From NCBI GenBank assembly GCA_009103225.1, contig RHPI01003169.1:124001-188000 (forward strand): 64,000 bases of DNA. The letters are read 5' to 3'. Position 1 is the stretch's first letter; every line of letters starts with the position of its first letter. Shown piece by piece: positions 25,960 through 37,476 of the stretch. Position numbers and translations under genes: made by a program. The notes beneath the pieces are model-generated. The model did no database searches. It saw only the letters and a list, made by a program, of their open reading frames with translations, and was not told the DNA's origin. This stretch comes from Chlorokybus atmophyticus. Its lineage: Eukaryota > Plantae > Mesostigma and Chlorokybus algae.

Positions 25960-26159
25960 GTTAAAGGACCACGACAGCGGGACTCAACCCCACCCCACCA
26001 GCACGTCGCCCACGCCGCCCACGCCGCCAATCCCGGCAGCCATACGCACATTTTGCCCACCAATTTTGAATTCCAGACGTTAGGGTTTTGCTGAATTAAC
26101 CCGACCACGTTTAATTGAAACAAAGGATTGGTTGGTTTTTAGTCAGGGTTCTGTTGCGG

Positions 26160-26400
26160 CGCAAGGCCTTAATGCCTGAACGGCACGTTAACCAGTGCCT
26201 TAATCGCAGTTTGCGGGGCAGCTTGTTGGCGGCGTCAGGGGCAGCGTTGTTTGAACGACAGGGTTGCTAGCATAATCTGCAAGAATGGTTGCTCATCCAG
26301 CAAGGCCCGGTACGACACGCGGACAGCTATTTTCTCGCCGGAGGGGTGGCTATGCAAGGTGCGCAAGATGCTTGATGAGCGCAGTTTGTGTGTGGCATGT
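26160..26400 (+). pseudogene. Degenerate copy of proteasome alpha-3 5' region, exon 1 and intron start
   Basis: 26302-26358 encodes KARYDTRTAIFSPEGWLCK then GTGCG, versus [25 protein letters not shown] at 37477-37541; ATG lost; flanks align with about 37310-37575. Confidence 0.85.
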
Positions 26401-26506
26401 ATACTACATAGCTGTATGCTTGCATTGCCGTGAGTATTGTATTATGTACTGTCATGCTAAGGCTCAACTCTTTAAACATTCATAACATTCATAACATTCA
26501 GCAATA

Positions 26507-27105
26507 TGTCATGCCTATTGCCCGCGCATACCAGCCTTCATCGAGCACGCCTACATCGAAACCATCGCCGGCCTACCAGCATACCAGCGCGCGCGCGTCA
26601 TCCACCAGTAGCTAGGTCATGACTTCGAAGTAGCTCACGACCATAGCCTACATAGGCACCGCGCGTGCCTTTTTAGTTGTGAGTTCAATTATAAGTTGTG
26701 TTCTATATCGAGTGGTGATTGCTGTGGAAATAGCCTCGATATGATCGTTAGCTTATGTTTTGAACAGTCATGATTTGACTTGTATAAGTAGTCACAGTGT
26801 TCACCAGATCAGCTGGTGACACAATGAGTGAGAAAGCTAAGAGCTTATGAAACCACTTGAACTGCGAAAACGTCATCCCGGTTACCAAGAACCCCCTCAC
26901 TGTGTGAGAGCCTGTGCATGCTCGTGTGCATGCTTGTCATTGCTATGAGCTTGGTGTGCCTGGTTGCAGTGTGTTTGTTGGCATCAGTTAGGGCATAGTA
27001 TCCATGTGTTGCTTGCTCATTCACTTCACTTAACAGTATAATACATTTTCCGCTGATGCAAAGAACTGTGTAAACAGCACTACCTATAGTAGTGGCTTGT
27101 TAACT
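26507..27105 (+). repeat. Element A terminal repeat B1
   Basis: Aligns with 35367-35953; TATAAG 26783-26788. Confidence 0.92.
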
Positions 27106-27117
27106 CACAGTGTCACC
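27103..27117 (+). promoter_or_regulatory. Putative self-priming PBS of element A
   Basis: ACTCACAGTGTCACC is the exact reverse complement of GGTGACACTGTGAGT in B2 (35658-35672); no TGG tRNA-type PBS present. Confidence 0.7.
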
Positions 27118-27524
27118 CTCTTTGCTCAAGTGAGTGCGTTGCATTCCGCATCGGATATTGCAGTCTGTATCTAGGGACACATCCATGTGCATTCGTTATC
27201 ACTGTCATTACATAGTGCACACACAAGTACTAGTGTGGTGAGTGGTAGCGGCATCGAGACAGGCAGTAGAGCACAAACACTGTACCCTGCATACACTTTC
27301 ACCTGTGGACTAGCTGTATGAGCAGGCCCACCGGGTTCTCTCCAATAGACGTGGGTGACCTCAGTAGCTGAAGCCCAACCTCCAATCTCACCTATGAGCG
27401 GACCAGCGACGGGAGCAACGATCATAGCAGCAGAGGCTCGCGTTCTGTCTCCGACTTCACTCTGTTCCTGTCCACTCCTCCGCATCGAGCTTCCCCACTC
27501 TCGTCCGACAGTGACAACTACGAA

Positions 27525-29100
27525 ATGGAGTCTTCCAGCTCAACCACGTCCATACGCTTCTCCGGACGTGCTGGCACTACCTCGCGGGACGAATTCATTA
27601 TCAAGTTTTACTCCAAGATGCGACAGCAGGCTCTGAAGAATAAAGATTGGTCAGATGAGATTTCTTTTCACATTGCTGCTCAGTATCTGGACCATGAAGC
27701 ACATGATGACTGGAAGTCTGTTGCTGAATTGCATCGAGTTGATGGCTATGGCGAGCTTGCCAGTACCATAGCATCCGCGTCACTGCACAGCCCAGCAACC
27801 GTCTTTGCACCTGCCACTCCCGCTGCAGTCATCGCGCTGTCCATAGCGGCAGCCACTGACAGAGCAGAGGAGGAGGAACCTGAGTTGATGATCGTCAACC
27901 TGACCCCTGCAGAGATTGAAATAAAGACGGCCGCGCGACAGGCCCGGATCTTGGACCGCTCTGCTGCCATCCTTGAAGAACAGCGAACTGCAGCTGTTGA
28001 GGTGGGCACACCTCTACCTTTGGCAACACCTGGCTCTCGTGCGGGAGGCAGTGCTTTCACCCTCGGGTCAGTCGCACTGTGCGCACCAGCCATCATTGTA
28101 GGTGCCGTCATCTCTAACTCTCCCCTCAAGGATCAATACGCTGCACTTCGTCGCATCTTCCCACCGCAGACCACTAGTAAAGTGGAGGAGTTGAGGCGGT
28201 TCCGACGCAAGCCCAATGAGGACCCCCTACGCCTGTACTCCAGACTGGAAGGGCTGTTGAAGGACACTGACTATAAGATCGTCAGTGACGAGGCTGCTGC
28301 AATGGTATATGTCAATGAGTTGGATGCCACCTTGAGCGAGTCGACGCGCCTGACCCTGAACTACAGCAGGCCCCTTGGCTACACGCTCAAGGAAGCTTTC
28401 AAGACTGCACAAGCCATCCATAAGCGCTTGGTGTATGACAAGGCAGTGCTAGATACCAACCGCAGCGCCTCACGGCTTGTAGCCAGCACAACCGGCGAGC
28501 CTCCTCGCCGCGAATGTGGCCGGGACGCTCCACCAGCACGCGACAAAGGGAAACGGTCAGCGCATACTGCTTTGCCTGCCCCTGTGCTGGGGCGCTTGCC
28601 GCACTGCGCTCAACACCACCAGAGGAGACTGCAGCAGCAGTTACCCCACACACACGCTACCGACGATGTAAGCGGCTGCGCATCCACGCCAACGCAGCCA
28701 TGATCGCCAAACAAGGCAAGCATGTCACTATCAATGGACGAGCACCCAAGCGTTTGATGCTGGACTCTGAAGCCCAGCCTGTCATCATCGGACTTTACCT
28801 CGCACGCGACCTTGGCGTCACCAGCGCTGAGCTGATGACGTGCCCATACGTGCTCGACACAGCAACCGGCAGCCGTGACAAGGTGATTCATCGCCATCGC
28901 ATCGCCAAGCAAGCCCTCTGCATTCGCTTGATAGGGGTAAACTTTTCCCACAGCACCGAGGTCATATAGAAGTGTGTGGTCACCGACGCAGGATCCTTCG
29001 ACCTGTGCTGTGCTGGGACAGGACTTCAACTTCCCTGATGGCATGGGGCTAGATTGCTGGACAGAGAAGGCATGGTTTCGTCCCCTTTGGGATGAGGAGG
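27525..29100 (+). pseudogene. Element A gag (N-terminal part) fused by a ~3 kb deletion to the protease region
   Basis: ORF 27525-28703 is near identical to gag of C1 and B; junction GTGCTG|GGGCGC at about 28589 skips the region present in B (42848-45826); protease-like LMLDSEAQPVII near 28755. Confidence 0.8.
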
Positions 29101-29499
29101 ATGGAGAGGTTCAAGGATATCTGCCTCTCGAGCTGGTGGCTCGCACTCGCTCTCACCAAAGGTCAGTTGCAATAGCCACCTACAGGTCAATGTCGATGAC
29201 CACTGACGGGTCAACTGCAGCAGCCACCCATAGGTTGGTTTCGACAACCACTGACAGATCAGCTGCGGTGGTCACCCACAACTCTGACCAAGACTCTCCT
29301 ATCCCATATGACAAATCTCAGGAAGACGCCACTGAGGAAGTGGCCCACCAGAAATCAATGGATCGCCACTGGCGCGCACAGGTGGTCGCACTTCTACTAC
29401 TGACCAGACCACGGCTTACTTCACGGTTCCCTCTCTACAAGGACCAATTTGGTCCTTGTAGAGAGGGTCCAGGAACAACACCAGGTGGCCATTGGAATA

Positions 29500-30480
29500 G
29501 TGGAGTTTTACGTATTTCGTCGACAACAAAGCATCACCGTGTTGGAACTATTTAGAGGTATAGGTAGTGGCCTCGCCGCTGTCCTCAACACCGGTGCGAC
29601 GCTCACGAAGTATTTCTTTTGTGACCCTGATCCACACGCACAGCTTGCCCTGAGCCACCACCTGCGCCACTTACACAAATGCTACCCGCAGCAACTGCCG
29701 CTATCGGCACTGCAAGGCAGTTTAAAGGCACTGCCACAGGACATCCGTTTAATCACTGCAGATCGCCTCCTGGCGGTGGGCAACATTGACCTGCTGATAG
29801 CGCGATGGGAGTGTCAAGGACACTCCAGAGCAGGCAAAGGTCAGGGACTCGCTGATCCTCGCTCGTGACTGTTCTGGGAAGTGATGTGTATCATCAATTC
29901 TGCAGAGCAACCAGCTGTCCATGCCTTCAAAATGCATCATTGCAAATGTGCACTCCGAGGACGATAAACGCCATCACGTGTTCAACAGCTTTCAACAGAT
30001 GTGTTCTTTACTAGGACACCCTTTTAAAAGCAATGCAGCGCGTTATGGCTCCCGTGCCATCGCCTCCGCGCCAAGTGGACAAACCTGGCTGCCGTCGAGG
30101 ATCTCTTTGCTGCTAAATATCTGCACAGCAGTCGTCCACGCGATCTCACCGTTGATGCTATCCTAGACCCTGGGCGCACAGCACAACCAGTCACACGACA
30201 CAATCACCAAAACGTTTACCAGTGCAACCAGCCTTGTCGACCACGTCGTGCGCTCCCCACTCTGGTGTGTTACCCAGGATCATACGCCTACCGCAACCAA
30301 GGCGAAGGCATGGTGTTGGATTCCAACACAGGCCAACCGGAAGAACCCAACGCACGTGAGCGCGAACGCGCCATGGGCTTCTCTCCAGGCAGTATCACAG
30401 GTTCCACGCTGACCGACAATTAGCAATGTGAGTCGTTGGGGCGCGCCATGGACCAGAACAGCATGGTGTGGTTATCGAAA
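29500..30480 (+). pseudogene. C5 cytosine DNA methyltransferase domain of element A (frameshifted)
   Basis: Motif I LELFRGIG (29542-29565), IV WECQGHSRAG (Cys codon 29812-29814), VI ANV (ENV in B and C2), VIII GSRAHRLRAKWTN, IX-X EPNARERERAMGF...LGRAMDQNSM. Confidence 0.88.
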
Positions 30481-30538
30481 ATATGCTTTGCTCTCCAGGA
30501 CCGCCATGTGGCTGTCCAAGAGCTCGAACACCTTTGTG

Positions 30539-30569
<31 letters not shown>

Positions 30570-31047
30570 CGATCGCGTGCGAGAGACGAAAGCCACACAC
30601 ACCGCCTTTGAAATCGCCAATATGGAGGAGCATTCAGCAGTCACTGTGGAGGACATCCCAATAGTTGCCAATGCTACCTCTTGGTCCCATGCTTTTGGAC
30701 CACTGGTTATTGGCCAGACGCGAGAACAACTTGAGGCTCTCATCAACAAGTGGAGGAGTCGGTTCAGCTTGAGCGTGAAGGAACTGGGCGTTTGCTCAAG
30801 TTATCAGATGAACACCGAACCGGTGTTTCAACGACGGTACCGACTCTCCAAGTTGGAAAAAGACTTGGTGGAGCAGAGGTGCAAGGCTCTGCTAGATGCA
30901 GGCCTGATTGAGGAGTCCACATCGGACTTTGCGGCCGCGACCGTCATGCCCCTGAAAAAGGATTCAGCAGGCAAGTGGACAGGCCGGCGTATGTGCGGCG
31001 ATTATCGCCCCCTCAACAACAAAACTAAACAAGACAGGTATAAAATC

Positions 31048-31518
31048 TGTTGAAGATATTCTACATCCAGGCGGACGGTTAGCTTGCACTTCAAATAGAA
31101 TGGCCGCGAGAAGGCTCTAGGCGAGGACTCAAGTCGAAAGTTCCAGGCGCGTGAAGGTTCCAGGCGCGGACTCGAGTTCGGAGTCTGGCGACTTCCAGGC
31201 CTGCACGAGAATCGTCATAACTCGGTGGTTACTACCCCGATTTGGGCGTTCTAGAGCTCAAAAATTAGCCCTTGAAGGTAGCTACAAGATGTTTTTTAGC
31301 TGCATTTTTAGCTGAATTTTTTTTTTCAGAACGCAGCATTTAAATAGGTGTAGCAAACGTGGTGGCTTCTGAAGTAGACAGGTGTACTCCTGGCGGGTAC
31401 GAAACCCGCGTACATCGTGGCAATAGATGGTCTTAGTCTTGTTGTTGCAGCCTCTTGGCGTTGATGTTGAGTGGCGTGCACACATGTGCATGTGTAGGTT
31501 TGTCAAAGCATCTCAATA
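31048..31518. mobile_element. Solo LTR inserted in element A RT
   Basis: TGTTGAAG...CTCAATA; RT resumes across it (RY-x-MPIA); flanks AAATC/TAATG (degenerate TSD). Confidence 0.8.
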
Positions 31519-32181
31519 TAATGCCTATTGCAGAGGGTATCTTTGATGATGTAGGAGACTGTACCGTCGTTAGCATCCCGGACATGCGACAAGGGTACAA
31601 CCGGATCGCCATCAAGGAGGAGGACAAGCACAGGACCTCTTTCTGGGGCAATCGGCAGCTGTACTAGTGGAAGGTCATGCCCTTCGGACTGAAGAATGCT
31701 CCTGCCAAGTTCCAGCGCGTCATGGACAAAGCCTTGCAGAGGCTGGACTTCCCGCGATGCTACATTAATGACATTCTCGTCTTCAGCCGCAGCAACAAAG
31801 AGCACCTACAGCACATCGAGGAGGTGCTGGAGAGACTTAAGGGGGTGGGGATGACGGTGCACCCCGACAAGTGCACCTTCTTCACTCACAAGGTACCCTA
31901 CCTGGGGCACATGATTGTGCCCCACGGTGTGTACGTACAGCAGGCGAAGGTGGAGGCCTTGGAGCAGCTATCCCGGCTCCAATGGACCTACGCGCCTGCG
32001 CACCTTTCTGGGCCTGGCCAACTACTACCGCCGGTTGGTAAAGAACTTCGTAAAGATCGCGCAACCCCTCAACAAGCTCCAAAAAAAGGAATTGGCGTTT
32101 GCGTGGAAGGAGCCACAACAGCAGGCGTTTGACGAGCTAAAGGGCAGGCTCACCACCGCTCCCATTCTGCAACGCCCTGAC

Positions 32182-32525
32182 TGTTGACTAGAGATGCTGC
32201 ATGCAACCATGCACAACAAGCATACACAGCACAGTGGTAAGAGCAGAGCTACGCCGCCAACGAAGTGACCACAGAAGTGAACTAACTCAATAACCCACGG
32301 CCTGTCGGTTCTGGGCCCTTAGTCTGGGTCCTACCAAAGACCAGACCAGACTGTACCAGTCCTAATTGCATGCAGCCTATACATACAACTGCAGTCTATG
32401 AGTAGCTTATCAAGTACAAGTTTAATAAGCTACAACAGGGCTAGCTAAACTGACTGGACAACAGCACATAAGTGTTATATGTTATACATGCAGAGAACAC
32501 TGCATAACATGCTATATTCTCCACA
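32182..32525. mobile_element. Solo LTR inserted at the start of element A RNase H
   Basis: TGTTG...CCACA with perfect 5-bp TSD CTGAC (32177-32181, 32526-32530); removal restores PILQRPDYTKPLILHTDWS. Confidence 0.9.
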
Positions 32526-33171
32526 CTGACTACACCAAGCCCTTAATCCTCCACACCGACTGGAGCAAGCTTGGGATGGGGGCTGTGCTGGTGCAGCATG
32601 ATGAGAACAAGAAGGAGCGGGTGGTGTCGTACGCCAGCCGAAGCAACAACAGCGCTGAGGCCAACTACAGCAGCTACGAGGGGGAGTGCCTCGCTGCAGT
32701 GTGGGCCATCTCCTGCTTCAGACCTTTCCTCTTTAATCGGCAATTTCAGCTGCTCACCGATCATCTGCCACTCAAGTGGTTGATGACCAACCAACATCTG
32801 ACAGGGAAACTTGCTCGCTGGGCCCTGTTGTTGCAGGAGTATGACTTAGAAATCGACCACCGCGCCGGCCTCACCAACCAAGACGCCGATGGCCTCAATC
32901 GCAACCCTCACCTCAGTACCAACGATGCAATCGGAGCTCGTCACGAGCTCGGCCCTGCAGCAGCAGCTCCCACCGTAGCGGCCATGTTTGCTGTTGCCGC
33001 GTTACGTTCAGGGCATCAGATCAACACCACCGCCACCTCAACGGCAGAGGAGGTTCATGCCCTTGAGCCTACCGGCCCCACAGTGACCACACCCCGAGGG
33101 AACGTCCACGCGGTCGACATTGAAGTCGACGACACCGAGCTGGCACCCACCGACACCAGGCAGGACATATG

Positions 33172-33628
33172 TGTTGAAGGTATTACATGGGTGATGCTTG
33201 TATCCGGTCAGCTTGCCCTTCATACAGGAGTCGAGGGTCGAAGGTACCATGAAGAAGCGCGTGGGCTCCAGACTTAGCAAGACGGTCGAGTCATGACGGA
33301 CTCCGGACCAGGCTGCTTGGTAGAGCCTTGGGAGAAATCGCGTAGCTTCGTGGATACGTAAGCTTAGCAAGCGTGGCTTGGCTTGTTGAAAAGCTCTGAT
33401 TGTGAGATAGACAGGGTAGCTTACAGAACAGCAATCGGCTGAGTATAGTGCACGTGGTGCTTGCCAATGTAGACGTGTGTAGAGACTGGCAGGGTATAAA
33501 GCCCAGACTTGTTGCAATGAAGAAGATAGGTCACGATGTAGCATGTGTGCGGATGCTATGGCGGCAGTAGCAGTCATGCTCTTGTGTTGATGTTGTTGGC
33601 GTGTCACTTGCACGTGTGTATGTCAACA
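33172..33628 (+). mobile_element. Solo LTR inserted in the element A RNase H-integrase linker
   Basis: TGTTGA...TCAACA with perfect 5-bp TSD ATATG (33167-33171, 33629-33633); removal restores QDIWLDKP. Confidence 0.92.
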
Positions 33629-34920
33629 ATATGGCTGGACAAGCCATCACTCTCCTTCCTTCAAAGTGGCCAGCTTCCCTCCAACATGAGTGCACAAGAG
33701 AAAGATCGTGTCCGTCAACGTACCCGCCACCATCGGTGGGCGAATGACAAGCTTGGTCGCCGCGTCCATGACAAAAACAAGGAGGTGCCGGCGCCAGCCA
33801 CCCGCAACGGTATTATCGCTGCCCTCCACACTGAGCTTGAGCACTTCGGTGTGAAGCGTACAGCCTGATAAGGGCGCAATAGTGGTGGTATGGGCTGTCC
33901 AAACAGGTGCTGAGGTCCGTCAGTTGCTGCCAACAGTGTGACATGGTACGCGCCAGCCTCAACACACGCAGCGCCACCTTGCACCCTCTCCCCATCTCCG
34001 TTCTTTTCTATCGCTGGGGACTCGACATCTTGGGAGACTTCGCACCCTCGGCACGTGGCAACCGTAACATCCCAGTGATGATCGAGCACTTCTCCAAATG
34101 GGTGGAGCTGGTGCTATTACCCGACAAGAGCAGCAGGGGGGTGTCTCAAGCCTTCCTCTTCCATGCCCTTAGCCGGTTCGGCAGCTGCGCTGAGGTCATC
34201 ACCGACCAAGGCACTGAGTTTAGAGGGGAGTTCGACACCCTGTTGGACAAAAGCTACATCGATCATCGCCGCACTTCGCGTGACCACCCTCAAGCCGACG
34301 GTCTCGCTGAGCGGACAGTACAGACCATCAAGAAGGCACTCCGCAAGTACGTGCTGAAATATAAGAAGAACACCTGGGACGACCACCTTCCGTGGGTGGC
34401 CCTTGGATACCGATTGTCAAAGCAGGCGGCCCCTGCGCGAGTACAGCCCATACTACCTGCTGTTCGGGCGTCCGCCATTGCTTCCTTTCGTGCACAGCAG
34501 GCAGTAGATCGTGTGGTGAACAACCTCGACAATCCCGACTGGATGCACCACGACATTACCACACGCGCCGCGCTGTTCAAGCACACCGTCCCGGTGGCCT
34601 TCAACAACCTACGCATCGCAAAGCACCGCGACACCCTGCGCTACGAGCGCGTGCGGAGCGGCTTCTACAAGGAGCGCCAACGACGGTTTTAAGCAGGGGA
34701 CTTTGCCTACCGCATGGCAGCTACCAAGGACACGCTCGACACCTTCACGGGCCGCACCGTCTACAAGGTACTTAAGGTGTACCCCACAGGAGTGCTGGAC
34801 CTCCTCGGTAAAAACGGCGAGAGGTTGAAAGACAACATGGTGAACTGCGCGCCATGTCATCTTCCGTGCATAGCTGGCTTTGCGCGCATCCAGCACCTTC
34901 GCCCCGCCCGCAGCACACGA

Positions 34921-35052
34921 TGTGAACGCTGCGGCAGCGCCGGCGACGCACTTATGATGCACTGCTATGGCTGTAACAAGGGCCTGCATTGCTACTGTAT
35001 GGAGCCCTCGTTAGACGCAATACCCATGGAGGAGTACTGGTGCAACGATTGC
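34921..35052 (+). CDS. PHD finger (C4HC3) at the integrase C-terminus of element A
   Basis: CERC...CYGC...HCYC...WCNDC; frame stops at 35080-35082. Confidence 0.9.
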
Positions 35053-35119
35053 CGCACCAACGACCCTCCTCACCTGCTTTAGCAACTGAGCTCTGGAGCT
35101 GGAACCTCCCCAGAAACTC

Positions 35120-36179
35120 AGGGGGGGTGGCTTGTTAATTGTGTGTCCTACAGCACAGCATGTACACTAAGAAGGACACCGCCTCCACATGTCCGTGTGA
35201 TTCAGCGATAGCGGAGCAGCTCCACCAAGCACTACGCGCCATACGAGCTGGGATCTTTTACTTTTGCTACATGTCACAACATGTTGCAGCAATAGGGCTA
35301 GCAAGCATGTCTTTCCCTGCAGCAACCCGAGACAGTGTGACCCTCAACGCTCCTCGACCCAACAGCTGTCATACTTATTGCCTGCGCATACTAGCCTTCG
35401 TCGAGTACGCCTACATCGAAACCATCGCCTGGCCTACCAGCATACCAACGCGCGCTCGTCACTGACAGCTAGGTCATGACTCCGGAGTAGCTCACAACCA
35501 TAGCCTACATAGGCACCGCGCGTAGCTGTTCAGTTGTGAGTTGTGTTTTATTGAGTGGTGATTAATGTGGAAATAGCCTCGATATGACCGTTAGCTTATG
35601 CTCTGAACTGTCATGATTTGACTTGTATAAGTACTCACAGTGTTCGCCGGATCAGCTGGTGACACTGTGAGTGAGAAAGCTAAGAGCTTGTGAAACAATT
35701 TGAACCGCGAACACGCCATCCCAGTTACTCAGAACCCCCTCACTATGTGAGAGCCTGTGCATGCTCGTGTGCATTGTGCTTGTCATTGCTGTGAGCTTGG
35801 TGTGCCTGGTTGCAATGTGTTTGTTGGCATCAATCATGGCATAATATCCACGTGTTGTTTGCTAATTCACCTCACTTAATAGTATAACACATTTTCCGCT
35901 CATGCAAAGAACTGTGTGTAAACAGCACTACCTAGAGTAGTGGCTTGTTAACTGTGTGTCCTATAGCACAGCATGTACACTAAGAAGGACACCGCCTCCA
36001 CATGTCCGTGTGATTCAGCGACAGCGGAGCAGCTCCACCAAGCACTCCGCGCCATACGAGCTGGGTTATCTTTTACTTTTGCTACATGTTACAACGTGTT
36101 GCAGCATCAGGGCTAGCAAGCATGTCTTTCCCTACAGCGACCCCAGACAGTGTGACCCTCAATGCTCCTCAACCCGACA
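35120..36179 (+). repeat. Element A 3' region: PPT, A1, gc, B2, A2
   Basis: PPT AGGGGGGG 35120-35127; A1 35141-35364 aligns with A2 35954-36179; junction CCAACA-GC-TGTCAT at 35359-35372. Confidence 0.92.
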
Positions 36180-37476
36180 AATGCCGATGTACCTATGTGC
36201 AAGCTGCTTGTTCAAAAGGCAACCCGGAGGCGTGGAGAACGGCATGCATGATACCGTTACATTGACACGTAGACACGACACAAGATTTCAAATGGAGGGG
36301 GGGGCGGAGGGACAAAACACATTAACATGTCACGTTGCAAGTTTATCACAAGTGTCAATTTGTCATTAGTCCACCCACCCATCGACCCACCCACCCACCC
36401 ACTCAGCCCCTCTCTCGCACTTGCGGCAATGCACTACATCTACTTTATAACGTTAATAAACATACACTTCAGACTATTTTCACAAGTTAATAAGCATGCG
36501 CTGCACATCAGGTTTGTTCGGTACGCACTTGTAGTATACGCTGATAACATACCGGCACAAAGACATGCGTAACTTTCGTGAGAGAAAAGGGGGGGGGGGG
36601 GGGGGGGGGGGGGGCNAATTGTGAATAATAAACACATGTTGCAAAGCATGTGCATATGCTTTGTCAAGGAAGCTCACCTTACACGTTATCAATGTGTACG
36701 TAATGTGCCGTGTTCCTCCTGGTGGCATACATAACTTTTGCGATGTCCGGCATGCCATCACGGCAATACTAGATAGGGTTGACCCTTAAGTACAACCTCC
36801 TAGCGGTATATAGGTAGAAGCATTGTACTGCTTTGGAGAACCTGTGAACATGCACTTGGGAAACACGTCATCACCTCGCTTTACTGTCGTTGCCGCTAAT
36901 AGCCCATTTAAGGGCTCGGGATGTTGAGCCGTCCCGTTAAGATTGCCTATACCATACTACATTTCAACGCGTTCATCGCATGGGGATGTACTCCGACAGC
37001 CGTAATGCGTTTCCTTCATGTGCAAACACCAATTCTACAATTGGGTTGTCTTCCCCCAATTGGCGATGGTCTGCTAAGTCGTCGATAACCTTTAACGCAA
37101 AAGAGCACAACTCCTGCACCCTGGGGGGTTGTCTACGTGGACAACTTTTGGGAGGAGGTACCTCTTTACCTTTATCGGCAACGACCACGGCGGCCATCTC
37201 CGCCCCTCCCTGCAATAACTTGTCCGCCGCCCCCCCCTCTCTACCACCACCCCGCCGCCGCCCTAGCCTATGGCACAAGCGCGGCAAGGATTCTGCTGCG
37301 AGGGCCTTAACACATAAGGCCTTAACACCTAAACGCTCCGTGATTCAGTGGCTTAATCCCAGGTTTGTGGGCAGGTTGTTGGAGGTGTTGGCAGCGGCAG
37401 CGGCAGCGGCGGGGGCGGGGGCGGCGTTGTTTACTACAGGGCTGCTAGCCTACTATAGGAGAGTTGAGCTACTTCC

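Larger units (their letters stand above)
30800..34690 (+). pseudogene. Element A RT, RNase H and integrase, interrupted by three solo LTRs
   Basis: RMCGDYRPLN, MPFGLKNAP, YINDIL; TDWS...YEGEC...TDH; HHCC, WGLDILG, ITDQGTEF, DGLAER (D,D35E). Confidence 0.92.
26507..36179 (+). mobile_element. Element A: DNMT-carrying Ty3/Gypsy-type retrotransposon with split direct repeats (decayed)
   Basis: TGTC...GACA termini; flanks AATA/AATG; B1 26507-27105, A1 35141-35364, gc, B2 35367-35953, A2 35954-36179; gag, protease, DNMT, RT, RNase H, integrase, PHD in order. Confidence 0.92.

Noticed and set aside
26507-36179. Reading elements A and B as ordinary LTR elements with a truncated 5' LTR and a stray partial LTR
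   Set aside because: The same layout in two independent insertions, TSDs at TGTC/GACA and a B-A solo unit make coincidence unlikely.
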